Counted from the stretch's first letter, positions 12,665 through 23,843 are shown. The stretch is DNA of 64,000 bases from an uncultured Verrucomicrobiae bacterium (GCA_963726745.1 CAVSDR010000002.1:32001-96000), one strand, 5' to 3'. The notes: generated by a model from the letters alone, not told the origin. Numbers and translations are program-made.

Positions 12665-13902
12665 AAACGCTGGCGGTTTTGCATGCGGCGCAGTTGGTCA
12701 CGCTCGCGGGACCCGCCCGGCCGCGGAGCGGACGGGAGCTGGGCGAACTGGCAATCGTGCGCGATGGCGGAATGCTCGTGCGCGACGGCATGATTGTGCA
12801 GGTCGGGCCGTCACACGAGATCGAGACCGGCGGCGCGGAGATCGTCGATGCCGCCGGCTGCGTGGTCTTGCCGGGTTTCGTCGATGCGCATGCGCACCCG
12901 GTTTTCGCCGGGAACCGGGTCGGGGAATTTGAGGACCGCGCGCGCGGGGCTACTTATGAGGAGATCGCGGCGCGCGGTGGCGGGATTCGTTCCACCGTCG
13001 GGCATACGCGCGCCGCCTCGGAGGCGCAGTTGCGCGAAGAGTCGTTAGGCCATCTCCGGTGGTTTCTGGAATGCGGCACGACTACGGTCGAGGCGAAGTC
13101 GGGCTACGGGCTGACCCTGGCCGATGAATTAAAGATCCTGCGCGTCATTCGCGATTTGCAGGAGGCGACGCCCGTGGAATTGGTGCCGACATTTCTCGGG
13201 GCGCACGCGATTCCCGCGGAATTTGCCGGGACGCCGGCACGCTATGTCGCGCTGGTGGTGGAAGAGATGTTGCCGGCGGTTTCGGCCGAAGGGCTGGCGG
13301 AGTTTTGTGACATCTTTTGCGAGCGCGGCTACTTCGATGTCGATACCGCGCGCAACATCCTGACCGCGGCGCAGCGGCACGGGCTCGGCTTGCGGATGCA
13401 TGTTGATCAGTTGAGCAATTCCGGAGGGGCGCAATTGGCCGCAGAACTCGGCGCGGCGACCGCGGATCATCTCGAGTGCACGGAAACCGAGGGCATCCTC
13501 GCGCTGGCGCGGGCCGGAGTGCAGCCAGTGCTCTTGCCGGGCTCCGTTTACGCTTTGGGCAAAACGCGTTATCCGCGCGCCCGGGAGATGATCGACGCCG
13601 GCCTCGCGATCGTGGTGGCGACCGACTTCAATCCCGGATCGTCGCCAACGCCATCGATGCCGATGATTCTTTCACTGGCTGCAACGCAAATGGGAATGAC
13701 GCCTGCGGAAAGCCTCTCCGCGGCAACGATCAACGCGGCCTACAGTCTTGGGCGCGGCGGGCGTGTCGGCTCACTCGAGGTCGGCAAGCTCGCAAACTTT
13801 GCCCTCTTCGATTGCGCCGATTATCGCGAGATCGCCTATTGGTTTGGCCGGCCGCAAACGCGCGCGGTCTTTGTGCGTGGAGCACAGGTTTTTGGTCGTT
13901 AG
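12661..13902 (+). CDS. hutI: Imidazolonepropionase
   Basis: PGFVDAHAH, GTTTVEAKSGYGL, ADHLE, ATDFNPGSSP. Confidence 0.95.
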   Translation: MKTLAVLHAAQLVTLAGPARPRSGRELGELAIVRDGGMLVRDGMIVQVGPSHEIETGGAEIVDAAGCVVLPGFVDAHAHPVFAGNRVGEFEDRARGATYEEIAARGGGIRSTVGHTRAASEAQLREESLGHLRWFLECGTTTVEAKSGYGLTLADELKILRVIRDLQEATPVELVPTFLGAHAIPAEFAGTPARYVALVVEEMLPAVSAEGLAEFCDIFCERGYFDVDTARNILTAAQRHGLGLRMHVDQLSNSGGAQLAAELGAATADHLECTETEGILALARAGVQPVLLPGSVYALGKTRYPRAREMIDAGLAIVVATDFNPGSSPTPSMPMILSLAATQMGMTPAESLSAATINAAYSLGRGGRVGSLEVGKLANFALFDCADYREIAYWFGRPQTRAVFVRGAQVFGR

Positions 13903-13953
13903 GCAACGCGGCAGTTTGCGCAGGCGGGCGCGCGCCCTTACGGTCGTGCGCAC

Positions 13954-15295
13954 ATGAAGATCGAAGTCGAGACGCAGCCACAAAGCGTCGCCACCCTGCG
14001 CATTGAATTGCCGCCTGAAGAAGTCCGCAAAGAATGGGATGCGATCGCCGCGAGCTACGCGAAATACGCCCGCATCCCCGGCTATCGCCAAGGCAAAGCG
14101 CCTAAGCCGGTGATCGAGAAAAAATTCCGCAAAGAGATCGAGGAAGAGCTGACCAAGAAGCTCGTTTCCAAGAGCTATCACGAAGCGATCGCGGAGAAGC
14201 AGCTGCGTGTCGTCTCGCTGACTAATCTCGAGGACGTGGAGTTTGGCGACGATCGCTCGATGCGTTTTCGCGCCACGGTGGTGACTGCGCCGGAGTTTGA
14301 GCTTCCGGACTACAAGGCGATTCCGGTGCAGGTGCCGCCCGCCGAAGTGAAACCAGCGGAAGTGGACGCAGCGCTCGAGCAACTGCGCGAGCAGGGCGCG
14401 GATTTTGTCGACGCCGAGGAGCGCCCGCTGGCGATGGAAGATTTTGCGGTGATCGACTTCGAGGGCGTAGTCGACGGCGTGCCGATCGCCGAGCTGGCGC
14501 CGGACGCGAGCAAGAATCTCCAAGGCGGGAAGAAATTCTGGCTGCGCCTGGCGCCGGATAATTTCCTCCCAAATTTCTGCGAGCAGCTCGCGGGCATGAG
14601 CAAGGGGGAAACCCGAAGCGTGCAGGTGGATTTTCCGGCTGAGTTCCCGGTGACGACTTTGGCCGGCAAAAAGGCTGACTACGCCGTGACCTTGAATGAG
14701 GTCAAAACGCGTGTGCTACCGGAATTAGACGACGCTTTCGCGGCCAAGCTTGTTGCCGGAGAAATCGCTCGCGGACCTGCGCCATACGCTGGAGCACAAC
14801 CTCGAGCACGAGAAAGAACACGCGGTCGAGCGGGCCAAGGAATCGGGCGTGATCCGTTATCTGCACGAGAAGATCAGTTTCGATTTCCCGCCGGCTTTGT
14901 TGAAGAACGAAACCCGCCGGGCCTTGAACGAACTAGTGCATCGCAACCGCGAGCGCGGGGTGCCGGATGAAATGTTGAAGGAGAAGGAAAAGGAATTGAT
15001 CGAAGGCGCTGGTTCGCTCGCGGCGAATCGCTTGAAAACGAACTTCATCCTCCATCGCATCGCCGAGCAGGAGAAGCTCGAGGTCACCCGTGAAGAGCTG
15101 GATGCGCGGATCCGCGAGGACGCGGCGCGTTACAACGTGAGCCCGGAAAAGATGCGCAAGGAATTGCAGGAACACGACCGTTTGGATGCGCTCGCGGAGG
15201 AGATCCTGCTGGGTAAGACGCTTGATTTCCTGAAGTCGGCCGCTACTGTCGAAGTATCGTCCGAAGGGGCGGCCGCAGCCCAGCCTAACGACTAA
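13954..15295 (+). CDS. tig: Trigger factor; one +1 frameshift at ~14750
   Basis: IPGYRQGKAP signature and FKBP-like middle domain; C-terminal domain in frame 14750; upstream of clpP-clpX. Confidence 0.92.
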
Positions 15296-15301
15296 TTTTT
15301 C

Positions 15302-15997
15302 ATGACTACCAACCAATCGAATCGCTCCCAATCCGTCCTTGTCCCGATGGTCGTCGAACAGACCGGGCGAGGGGAACGGAGCTACGACATCTACTCGCGG
15401 TTGCTCAAGGACCGGATCGTTTTCATCGGCACGCCGATCGATGATCACATCGCCAATTTGGTGATCGCGCAGCTGCTCTTCCTGCAAATGGAAGACGGCA
15501 AAAAAGACATCAGCATCTACGTGAATTCGCCGGGCGGTTCCGTTACCGCGGGCCTCGCGATCTACGACACGATGCAATTCCTGACCTGCGACGTGACCAC
15601 CTATTGCCTCGGGATGGCCGCGAGCATGGGCGCGGTTTTGCTGTGCGCCGGGACGAAGGGCAAGCGCTACGCGCTTCCGAATTCCGACATCATGATTCAC
15701 CAGGTTTCGGGCGGCGCCCAAGGCCAGGCGAGCGATGTCGAGCGCACGGTGGAATACATGTTCAAGCTGAAGAAGCGGCTTATCCGCATCATCTCGCAGC
15801 ACACCGGCCAACCGGAGGAGAAGGTGAAGCTCGATTCCGATCGCGATTATTACATGTCCGCGGCCGAGGCGAAGGATTACGGCCTGGTCGACGAAGTGAT
15901 CAAGTCACGCAAGGAAGCGAAGCTGCTCGACGGGGTCGTTCCCGAGCGTTCTACCGCGATCGCGGAGGCCGCCTTACCGACCAAGGTTGAGGAATAA
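15302..15997 (+). CDS. clpP: ATP-dependent Clp protease proteolytic subunit
   Basis: [31 protein letters not shown]. Confidence 0.97.
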   Translation: MTTNQSNRSQSVLVPMVVEQTGRGERSYDIYSRLLKDRIVFIGTPIDDHIANLVIAQLLFLQMEDGKKDISIYVNSPGGSVTAGLAIYDTMQFLTCDVTTYCLGMAASMGAVLLCAGTKGKRYALPNSDIMIHQVSGGAQGQASDVERTVEYMFKLKKRLIRIISQHTGQPEEKVKLDSDRDYYMSAAEAKDYGLVDEVIKSRKEAKLLDGVVPERSTAIAEAALPTKVEE

Positions 15998-16022
15998 GAC
16001 CTGCTCTAAAAGGCCCTAACTA

Positions 16023-17303
16023 ATGGCCCGCGCTTCCAACCTCACGATGTGCTCCTTCTGTGGCAAAAGCCACGCGGAGGTGCGGAAATTGATCGCCGGC
16101 CCTGGCGTCTATATTTGCGACAGCTGCATCAACGTCTGCAAGAGCATCCTCGATAAGGAACTGAGCGAGGATGCGCGGCGGCAGTCCTCGAACATCCGCG
16201 TCCCGAAACCGGCGGAAATCCGGCGTTCGCTCGATCAATACGTCATCGGGCAGGACACCGCGAAGAAGACTCTCTCGGTCGCGGTGCACAACCATTTCAA
16301 GCGCGTCCTCCAGAGCGCGCCGCCGGCCGATTCCTCGGCGGCGTTTCAGCCCGATCCGTTTGCCGATGTCGAGATCGAGAAGAGCAACATCCTCCTCATC
16401 GGCCCAACCGGTTCCGGCAAGACGCTGCTCGCGAAGACGCTGGCTAAAATTCTCGACGTCCCGTTTTGCATCGCCGATGCGACTACGTTGACCGAGGCGG
16501 GTTACGTCGGCGAGGACGTGGAAAACATCATCCTGCGCCTCCTGCAGAACGCCGATTACGACGTCAAGCGGGCGGAGATCGGGATCGTTTACATCGACGA
16601 GATCGACAAGATCGGCCGCAAGACGGACAACGTTTCGATCACGCGCGACGTCTCCGGCGAAGGCGTGCAGCAGGCCTTGCTCAAGATTCTCGAAGGCTCG
16701 ACCTGCAACGTCCCGCCGCAGGGCGGCCGCAAGCATCCGCACCAGGAATACATCCAGGTGAACACGGACAAGATTCTCTTCATCTGCGGCGGGGCCTTTG
16801 TCGGCCTCGAAAAGATCGTGCAGAAGCGCATCGGCAAACGCACCATGGGCTTCAACACCGACAATCCGGAAGTCGAGGAAGCGCTCGCCAAGCAGGCGGT
16901 GCGGCACGTGGAGCCGGAAGATTTGCTCAGCTTCGGGATGATCCCGGAGTTCATCGGCCGTCTCCCGGTTCTGACCGCGCTCGACGCGCTCACCGAGGAG
17001 GAGATGGTCATGATCCTCACGGAGACGAAGAACGCGATGATCAAGCAATACACCAAGCTCTTCTCGATGGAGGGAGTGCGCTTGAGTGTGACCAAGGATG
17101 CGCTCAAGGCGCTCGCCGCGCAGGCGGTGACGAAGGGCACCGGCGCACGCGCGCTTCGCTCAATGCTCGAGCGGATCATGCTCGACATCATGTATGAGGT
17201 CCCGAGCCGCGAGGACATCGCGGAGGTGACGATCAATCGCGCGGTCGTCGAAGGCAAAAAAGTCCCGCTGATTCGCAAGAAGCAGGACAAAGACGCCGCG
17301 TAA
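16023..17303 (+). CDS. clpX: ATP-dependent Clp protease ATP-binding subunit
   Basis: CSFCGK zinc finger, [32 protein letters not shown]. Confidence 0.97.
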   Translation: MARASNLTMCSFCGKSHAEVRKLIAGPGVYICDSCINVCKSILDKELSEDARRQSSNIRVPKPAEIRRSLDQYVIGQDTAKKTLSVAVHNHFKRVLQSAPPADSSAAFQPDPFADVEIEKSNILLIGPTGSGKTLLAKTLAKILDVPFCIADATTLTEAGYVGEDVENIILRLLQNADYDVKRAEIGIVYIDEIDKIGRKTDNVSITRDVSGEGVQQALLKILEGSTCNVPPQGGRKHPHQEYIQVNTDKILFICGGAFVGLEKIVQKRIGKRTMGFNTDNPEVEEALAKQAVRHVEPEDLLSFGMIPEFIGRLPVLTALDALTEEEMVMILTETKNAMIKQYTKLFSMEGVRLSVTKDALKALAAQAVTKGTGARALRSMLERIMLDIMYEVPSREDIAEVTINRAVVEGKKVPLIRKKQDKDAA

Positions 17304-17413
17304 GGGTAAGGCCCTGCGGGTCGAAACGTCGAACTCTGTCGCAGGCGTGCGCGGGTTCTTTTCTCGGTTCGGAGTTGGACGTGCGACGTTCAGCATCCGA
17401 CGTTCAGCGCTTC

Positions 17414-18649
17414 ATGCGCGCTTTCGTCATCAACACCGGCACCGAGCTGCTCCTCGGCAACGTCATCAACACCCACCTGACCTTCATCGCGCGCGAGCTT
17501 TTCCCGCTCGGCCTGCGGATCGAGCGCCAGATGACCGTGCCCGATGGCGGCGCGATCGGCGAAGCGCTGGGCACGGCTTTGCGCGAGGCCGACTTGATCT
17601 TCGTGACCGGTGGCCTCGGGCCCACAACCGACGACATCACGCGCGAAGCCGCGGCCGACTTGTTAGGCTTAAAGCTCTTGCAGGATGCCGAGGTCGCGGA
17701 AGCCATCCGCCTGCGCCTGCGCACCCGCGGTTTCCCAATGACCGACCGCATCCTGCGCCAGGCCGACGTGCTCGAGGGCGCGCAGGTTTTGCCGAACGGC
17801 AACGGGACCGCGCCGGGTCTCTACTTCAAGAAAAATGGCCAGGGGCGCGCGCAACATCTCTTCCTTCTTCCGGGCCCCCCGCGCGAGCTCGAGCCGATGT
17901 TTCGCCGCTCGGTCCTGCCGTTGCTTCTCGAGATCAATCGCGACAAGGCCGAGGTTGAGTGCCGCACCTTCCGGATTGCTTGCGTGGGCGAATCGGTCGT
18001 GGAAGCGGCCATCGGGAAACAACTCGTCGCGCTGCCTGAGGTCGAGCTCGGCTATTGCTCCCGTCCCGGCGAGGTGGATGTACGCGTCATCGGTCCCGCG
18101 CCCGCGCTCGCGGAAGCGGAGCGAATCGTGCGCGGCGGATTCGCGCGCCAGATTTTCAGCACAAACGACGAGCAGCTCGAGGAAGTAGTCGTGCGTTTGC
18201 TCACCGAGCAGAAGCAGACGCTCGCGCTCGCGGAATCCTGCACCGGCGGCGCGCTGGCTCATCGCCTAACGAATGTTCCCGGCGCTTCCGCGGTTTTTCT
18301 CGCCGGCCTGGTGACCTACGCGAATGAGGCCAAGAGCGCCTTCCTCGAGGTGAACCCAGAGTTGATCGCCGAGCACGGCGCCGTCAGCCAGGCGGTCGCA
18401 GAAGCGATGGCCCTGGGCGCGCGGATGCGGGCCGGGAGCGACTTCGCGCTCGCGACCACCGGCATCGCCGGGCCTGGCGGCGGCTCGCCCGATAAACCGG
18501 TCGGGACCGTCTTCATCGCGCTCGCTTCGGCCGAGGGCGTGGAGGTGCAGCGCCGCCATTTCCCCTCGGATCGCTTGAGCTTCAAGCAACTGGCCACCGA
18601 GACCGCGCTCGAGTTATTGCGCGAACGTCTGGTCGATCTCGCTGGCTAA
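17414..18649 (+). CDS. cinA: Competence/damage-inducible protein CinA (MoCF + PncC domains)
   Basis: GTELLLG, TGGLGPTTDDIT, GTAPG, AESCTGG, HGAVS, TGIAGPGG. Confidence 0.93.
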   Translation: MRAFVINTGTELLLGNVINTHLTFIARELFPLGLRIERQMTVPDGGAIGEALGTALREADLIFVTGGLGPTTDDITREAAADLLGLKLLQDAEVAEAIRLRLRTRGFPMTDRILRQADVLEGAQVLPNGNGTAPGLYFKKNGQGRAQHLFLLPGPPRELEPMFRRSVLPLLLEINRDKAEVECRTFRIACVGESVVEAAIGKQLVALPEVELGYCSRPGEVDVRVIGPAPALAEAERIVRGGFARQIFSTNDEQLEEVVVRLLTEQKQTLALAESCTGGALAHRLTNVPGASAVFLAGLVTYANEAKSAFLEVNPELIAEHGAVSQAVAEAMALGARMRAGSDFALATTGIAGPGGGSPDKPVGTVFIALASAEGVEVQRRHFPSDRLSFKQLATETALELLRERLVDLAG

Positions 18650-19317
18650 GGCACGATCTGGACCGGGGTGCCCACGCGCACCTTGGCGTAGAACATCTCC
18701 GCGCCCTGCGACGGCATGCGGATGCAGCCGTGCGATGCCGGGTAGCCCGGGAGAATGCCTACGTGCATGCCCACGCCGTCGCCGGTCAGGCGCATGAACC
18801 AAAGCATCGGCGCGCCCACAAAGTGCGTCCCGCTCGGCGCGGAATCGATCTTCGTGCTCACGCCGCCGCGCACCGTCCGGCCGGCGCGATCCTTGAAGTC
18901 GCCGTAGACGCTCGAGCGATGGTCCTTGTCTTTCTCCATCACTTTGAAGCTCCCGGTCGGCGTCATGCCCGAGCGTTTGCCGGAGGAAATAGGCGTGTCG
19001 ATCGCGACCTCGTCGCCATTCAAAAGCGTGGCGCGCTGTTTAGACAGCGAGATGACCACGCGCGCATTCTCCGGCGCGAGCGACGCGTAGGCCGCCTGGT
19101 TCACGTTGATCGGAATCTGCCGGCTGATTAACTCCGAGGGTTTCCGCATCGGCTGCGCCGTCGCCGCGGGCTTGCGTGCGGGCGCGATCGTGGGCCGCGC
19201 CTCGGAGACCGGGCGACCGCCGGGCGCGCGCGGAATTTGCGCAGAGCTCGAGGACGCGAACAGCGCCAGCGCCAGCGCTGGAAAAGTGAACCGCAGGAGT
19301 GGGGGAAGCACGCGCAT
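18646..19317 (-). CDS. Secreted L,D-transpeptidase (YkuD family)
   Basis: Signal peptide; TPTGSF..PMLWFMRL..GMHVG..YPASHGCIRM. Confidence 0.88.
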   Translation of the reverse strand: MRVLPPLLRFTFPALALALFASSSSAQIPRAPGGRPVSEARPTIAPARKPAATAQPMRKPSELISRQIPINVNQAAYASLAPENARVVISLSKQRATLLNGDEVAIDTPISSGKRSGMTPTGSFKVMEKDKDHRSSVYGDFKDRAGRTVRGGVSTKIDSAPSGTHFVGAPMLWFMRLTGDGVGMHVGILPGYPASHGCIRMPSQGAEMFYAKVRVGTPVQIVP

Positions 19318-20114
19318 CAATGTGTGTAGCTGGCGACGCGCTGCAACCATCCCGCGAGCCAGCGCGACTCCTTCCGCTCTGGCGGCGAATTCCGCACGCG
19401 TCGCGTGAGCACCGCGCCGGCGGAGCGGGAGAATTCTTTCGCGGCGGCTGGACCGCTGGCGCTTCCCTCCATCCCCTCGAGCACCTGGAGAAGGCCCCAG
19501 CCCTGGCCGCGATAGCGCTCCGTCTCGAGCACGCCTTCGCCTTTGAAATTCACGTAATCGACCAGCGCGTAGGCGCCCGCAGCGCTGCCCGCCACGCGCT
19601 CAAATTGCCGGCTAATTTTCGCCCGTTCGTCTGCGGGTGCCGCGCTCAACATCTTCGGCAGCGCCGCCTGCAGCCGCCGCACCAGGAATTCCGCCTGCAA
19701 TCCCACCGTCTCGGCGAGAAATTTCCGGAGCGCGCGCATCGGTGCGGAGTCGCTCGCGGCCTGGAATTCCGCGCGCGTCTTCCACGGGCAACCGCTCGCG
19801 CGATTCGCCGCCACCACTTCCGGCAGATCGACACCGCGCTCCGCCGCGAAGGCCGCGAAATCCGGGAAGCTTTCCTCGAACGGCCCGCGCACGCCCTTGG
19901 GATACCAGATGAAATGGCCAATCCCGAGCGAGGCAAAATTTTCCCCGCCATTCCACGAGGTCAGGCCGGCGATGGTGCCGCCGCACTCATTTTGCCAGAC
20001 CTTTCGGCCGATCCGTTGCGCCTCGGCCGGGGAGAGCTCGAGCGCCGGCGCGGCGGTCGCGCCCCACAGGAGAAGGAGGGCGGCAAAGGTGGCCGCGCGC
20101 CGTCTTGACGGCAT
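19317..20114 (-). CDS. Secreted hypothetical protein
   Basis: Signal peptide, then WQNECGG..SWNGGENFASLGIGHFIWYP..DYVNFKGEG..GWGLLQVL; abuts the L,D-transpeptidase gene. Confidence 0.75.
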   Translation of the reverse strand: MPSRRRAATFAALLLLWGATAAPALELSPAEAQRIGRKVWQNECGGTIAGLTSWNGGENFASLGIGHFIWYPKGVRGPFEESFPDFAAFAAERGVDLPEVVAANRASGCPWKTRAEFQAASDSAPMRALRKFLAETVGLQAEFLVRRLQAALPKMLSAAPADERAKISRQFERVAGSAAGAYALVDYVNFKGEGVLETERYRGQGWGLLQVLEGMEGSASGPAAAKEFSRSAGAVLTRRVRNSPPERKESRWLAGWLQRVASYTH

Positions 20115-20190
20115 GGCATTCTCCATTAGCATGCACCGTTCTGCAGCCGTTCTGAGTGGTTCAGAGCCGGCTTTGGTTCGTATTTCTCTC

Positions 20191-21015
20191 ATGAAAAAGA
20201 CTCTTGTTTTCCTCGCGGCCATCGCCCTCGCGGCGCCCGTTTTCGCCGAGCCCACCACCGAGCTTAAAGACGAGCGCGATAAAGTTAGCTACAGCATCGG
20301 CCTCGATATCGGAAGCACCTTCAAGAAGCAGGGCATGGATATCAACTCCGACGTGCTCCTGAAGGGCTTGAAGGATGGCGCCGGCGACGGCAAGCCGCTC
20401 ATGACCGAGGATGAAATCCGCGCGACCATGACCGCCTACAGCAAGAATATGATGGAAAAACAAGCCGCCAAGGCCAAGGAAGCTGCGCAGAAAAACGGCG
20501 CCGTCGGGGAGACCTACCTCGCCGAGAACAAGAAGAAAGAGGGCGTCAAGACGACCGCGAGCGGCCTGCAATACAAAGTGCTGGCTGAAGGCTCCGGCGC
20601 GAAGCCGAAGGAAACCGACACCGTGGTCGTGAACTACAAGGGCACACTGATCGACGGCAAGGAATTCGACAGCTCCTACAAGCGCGGCGAGCCCGCGACC
20701 TTCCCCGTGAATCGCGTGATCAAGGGCTGGACGGAAGCGCTCCAGCTCATGAGCAAAGGCGCCAAGTATCAGCTCTTCATCCCAGCCGATCTCGCCTACG
20801 GCGAACGCGGCGCCGGCCAGGACATCGGGCCGAACGAGACCCTCATCTTCGAGGTCGAATTGCTCGAGATTAAGCCGGCGGGCGACGCCGAGGGCAAGCC
20901 AGCCGCCGGCGCTTCCCCAGCGAAAGCGGACGCGAAACCCGCGGCGAGCGCGCCGCAGGCGAAGCCTTCGATGACCAAGCCGGTCGAGCCGTCGCCGAAG
21001 CCCGAGAAGAAGTAG
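20191..21015 (+). CDS. FKBP-type peptidyl-prolyl isomerase (FkpA/Mip-like)
   Basis: SYSIG, TASGLQY, YKGTLIDGKEFDSSY, VIKGWTEAL, LAYG. Confidence 0.95.
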   Translation: MKKTLVFLAAIALAAPVFAEPTTELKDERDKVSYSIGLDIGSTFKKQGMDINSDVLLKGLKDGAGDGKPLMTEDEIRATMTAYSKNMMEKQAAKAKEAAQKNGAVGETYLAENKKKEGVKTTASGLQYKVLAEGSGAKPKETDTVVVNYKGTLIDGKEFDSSYKRGEPATFPVNRVIKGWTEALQLMSKGAKYQLFIPADLAYGERGAGQDIGPNETLIFEVELLEIKPAGDAEGKPAAGASPAKADAKPAASAPQAKPSMTKPVEPSPKPEKK

Positions 21016-21019
21016 CCGC

Positions 21020-21373
21020 CTAGGCGGTGGCTTCCCAGGCGAGCCGCGGGGCGTCGCCCCAGAGATCCTCGAGACTGTAGAACTCGCGCTTCTCCGCGTG
21101 GAAGATGTGCACGATCACCTGCAGGTAATCGAGCACGATCCATTGGCTCGCGGGAAAGCCATCGACCGCCGTCGGGCGCGTCTGGTGGTCCTGCTTCAGC
21201 GAAGCCTCGATCTCACCCGCGATTGCCTTCAGTTGCGGCTCCGAGGCCGCCGAGCAGATCACAAAGAAATCGGTAAAGGTCGAGATCTCCCGGAGATCGA
21301 GCACCACGATGTCCTCCGCCTTCTTGTTCGACGCGAGTTCGGCGCAGGCTTTGGCTAGTGCTTCTGAGGTTAT
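21020..21373 (-). CDS. rsfS: Ribosome silencing factor; probable ATA start
   Basis: LAKACAELASNKKAEDIVVLDL..FTDFFVIC..WIVLDY..VHIF..REFYSLEDLW; directly downstream of nadD. Confidence 0.9.
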   Translation of the reverse strand: MTSEALAKACAELASNKKAEDIVVLDLREISTFTDFFVICSAASEPQLKAIAGEIEASLKQDHQTRPTAVDGFPASQWIVLDYLQVIVHIFHAEKREFYSLEDLWGDAPRLAWEATA

Positions 21374-21951
21374 TTCCGGGGCTCCTGGTAAAGCGCGCGG
21401 CGCAGGATAATCTCCTCCACCGCTCGCGGAACGAGATAACGGACGGAGCGCCCCGAGGCAACTCTGTTTCTGATCTCGGTCGAGGAAATATCGATCACGC
21501 GGTGAACCACCGGATATGGGCTCTCCGCCGGCAGCGCCCCGCGCTCGAGCAAAACGAACTGCACCAGCCGCTGCAACTCCTCGAAGCGATGCCAGCTCTC
21601 GAGCCGCGGGAGTTGATCGCCACCGATGAGGTAGAACAACTCCGAGGCCGCATCTTGCTGTCTAAATTCCTCGATCGTATCGATCGTGCGGGAAGGCGGC
21701 GGGCGGCGCAGCTCCCGCTCGTCGAGGGCAAAGCCCGGCTCGCCCGCGAGCGCCGCGCGCAGCATCTCCACCCGCGCCTCCGCCGGCGCCGGCTGCTCCG
21801 TGAGCTTATGCGGCGAGATCGCCGCGGGCAGGAAGAGCACCTGCTCGAGCTCCAGTTGCTCGCGGGCCGCGCGCGCCAGGATGAGATGCCCGTGGTGCAC
21901 CGGGTCGAAGGTGCCGCCGTAGATGCCGATGCGTTTCAACGCTGGCATCAT
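21370..21951 (-). CDS. nadD: Nicotinate-nucleotide adenylyltransferase
   Basis: IGIYGGTFDPVHHGH, IGGD, ISSTEIR. Confidence 0.95.
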   Translation of the reverse strand: MMPALKRIGIYGGTFDPVHHGHLILARAAREQLELEQVLFLPAAISPHKLTEQPAPAEARVEMLRAALAGEPGFALDERELRRPPPSRTIDTIEEFRQQDAASELFYLIGGDQLPRLESWHRFEELQRLVQFVLLERGALPAESPYPVVHRVIDISSTEIRNRVASGRSVRYLVPRAVEEIILRRALYQEPRK

Positions 21952-21978
21952 CGCGCAGACCTCCTAACTTGCCAGCCG

Positions 21979-23079
21979 ATGAAATCCGATCGCCTTGGCC
22001 AGTTGCTCCTCACCGGTGTGCCCGGGACCGAACTCGATGCGGAAACGGCCGCGCTTTTCCGGCGCGTCCAACCCGGCGGCTTCATCCTTTTCGGCCGCAA
22101 CATCCAGAACGCGCCGCAGCTCCGGAAATTAATCGACGACCTGCGCTCCCTCAGCCACGCGGAGCCGATCATCACCATCGACCAGGAGGGCGGCCGGGTC
22201 TCGCGGCTGCGCCTCATCGGGAACGAGCCGCCAAACGCGCAGCAGCTCCGCGAAAAGGACGATGAAGCACTCGTTAGGGCACACGGCGAGATCACCGGCC
22301 AGCTCCTGCGCCTCTTCGGTTTCAATCTCGATCTTTGCCCGGTGCTCGATCTTTCCTTCGACGACGAGGCGGATAATTCCCTCCGCGGCCGCTGCTACGG
22401 GCGCGATGTCGCGCAGGTGGTGCGTTTAGCCGGCGCCTTCAACGAGGCCCTGCGCGCGCAAGGGATCGCGAGCTGCGGCAAACATTTTCCCGGCTACTCC
22501 GCGGCCGAGATCGATGCCCACCATGACTTGCCGAAGATCGAGCGCACCCGCGAGGAGTTGGAGGAGCACGAGCTCGCCGTCTTCCGCCAGTTTGCCGGCA
22601 AAGTAGACAGCATGATGATCTGTCACGGTTGGTATCCCTGCTTCGAGCCGGAGAAGCTGCCCGCCTCGCTCTCGCCGCGCGTGGTCACGCAGCTGCTGCG
22701 CGAGGAATTGCAATTCGACGGCCTGATCATGACCGACGACCTCGACATGGGCGCGATCTATAATGAATACGGCCTCGACGAAACCATCCGCCTCACGCTC
22801 GCGGCCGGGAACGATCTCGCGATGATTTGCCATCGGGTCCACGAGATCGGCCAGGCGCTCGACGTCCTCCGGACTTTGCCGGCAGCGCAGACCACGCGCG
22901 CACTCGAAAATGTCGCCCGCTGGAAGCAGCGCCTCGCGCCACCGGAAGCCTTCTCCGAGGAAAAATTCCGCGAGCTCGACGCGCGAGTTTGGGAGCTGCG
23001 CGTGGCCGTGCTCGGCGAGGAACGCGCCGCGGAACGCAGCCCGGAAGACGGCGCCCGCTCACCCGTGGAGGTCTATTAG
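21979..23079 (+). CDS. nagZ: GH3 beta-N-acetylhexosaminidase
   Basis: GGFILFGRN, IDQEGGRV, KHFPGY..DAH, TDDLDMGA. Confidence 0.85.
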   Translation: MKSDRLGQLLLTGVPGTELDAETAALFRRVQPGGFILFGRNIQNAPQLRKLIDDLRSLSHAEPIITIDQEGGRVSRLRLIGNEPPNAQQLREKDDEALVRAHGEITGQLLRLFGFNLDLCPVLDLSFDDEADNSLRGRCYGRDVAQVVRLAGAFNEALRAQGIASCGKHFPGYSAAEIDAHHDLPKIERTREELEEHELAVFRQFAGKVDSMMICHGWYPCFEPEKLPASLSPRVVTQLLREELQFDGLIMTDDLDMGAIYNEYGLDETIRLTLAAGNDLAMICHRVHEIGQALDVLRTLPAAQTTRALENVARWKQRLAPPEAFSEEKFRELDARVWELRVAVLGEERAAERSPEDGARSPVEVY

Positions 23080-23135
23080 CCAGCACTTTGGCGGGGCGAT
23101 TGACGGCCTCGCCCGCAACCCATAATCTTCGCGCG

Positions 23136-23837
23136 ATGCAACCGGAACTGGAGCAATTGCTGATCCTGCAAAATCGTGATCAGAAGATAAAACAGATCCA
23201 GACGGAGCTGAAAACGGTGCCGCTGCAGCGCGCGCAACTCGATGCACAATTGACCGCCGCCGCCGCCGACCTGGAGGCGCACAAGCTGGCCGCGAAGCAG
23301 GTGGAAGTGGAGCGCAAAAAGCTCGAGCTCGATGCCGGCACCCGCACCGATTCGATCAACCGCCTCAAGACCCAGCAGTATGAGACCCGGAAGAACGAGG
23401 AGTTCCGCGCCATGGGCAACGAGATCGAGCGTTACGGGAAGGAAATCGCGCAGATCGAGGACAAGGAACTCGAGCTCATGGAGCAGACCGATAAGCTCAA
23501 GGCCGAGATCGCGCTCGAGGAAAAGAAAGTCGCCGGCGCCCGCGAGATCGTGGCTGGCCAGATGAAAGATCTCGCAGCGAAACAGCAGGCGCTCGAGACC
23601 CAGCTCGCCGAGCTCCAGCAGGACCGCACCGGCCTCGCCGGGCAGATCGATGAGGACGTGCTCGAGCGTTACGACCGGCTCTTTGCCAGCAAAGGCAACG
23701 CCGCCGTCGTCGCCCTGGAGCATGAGGTCTGCACCGGCTGCCACATGAAGATCACCACCCAAACCGCCCACCGCGTCCGCAGCGGTAAAGAGCTCGTCAG
23801 CTGCGAGCAGTGCGGCCGCATCCTCTACGAAGGGTAG
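23136..23837 (+). CDS. Coiled-coil protein with a C4 zinc ribbon (DUF164/CT398-like)
   Basis: Long coiled coil followed by CTGC..CEQCGRIL. Confidence 0.88.
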   Translation: MQPELEQLLILQNRDQKIKQIQTELKTVPLQRAQLDAQLTAAAADLEAHKLAAKQVEVERKKLELDAGTRTDSINRLKTQQYETRKNEEFRAMGNEIERYGKEIAQIEDKELELMEQTDKLKAEIALEEKKVAGAREIVAGQMKDLAAKQQALETQLAELQQDRTGLAGQIDEDVLERYDRLFASKGNAAVVALEHEVCTGCHMKITTQTAHRVRSGKELVSCEQCGRILYEG

Positions 23838-23843
23838 GGGAAG

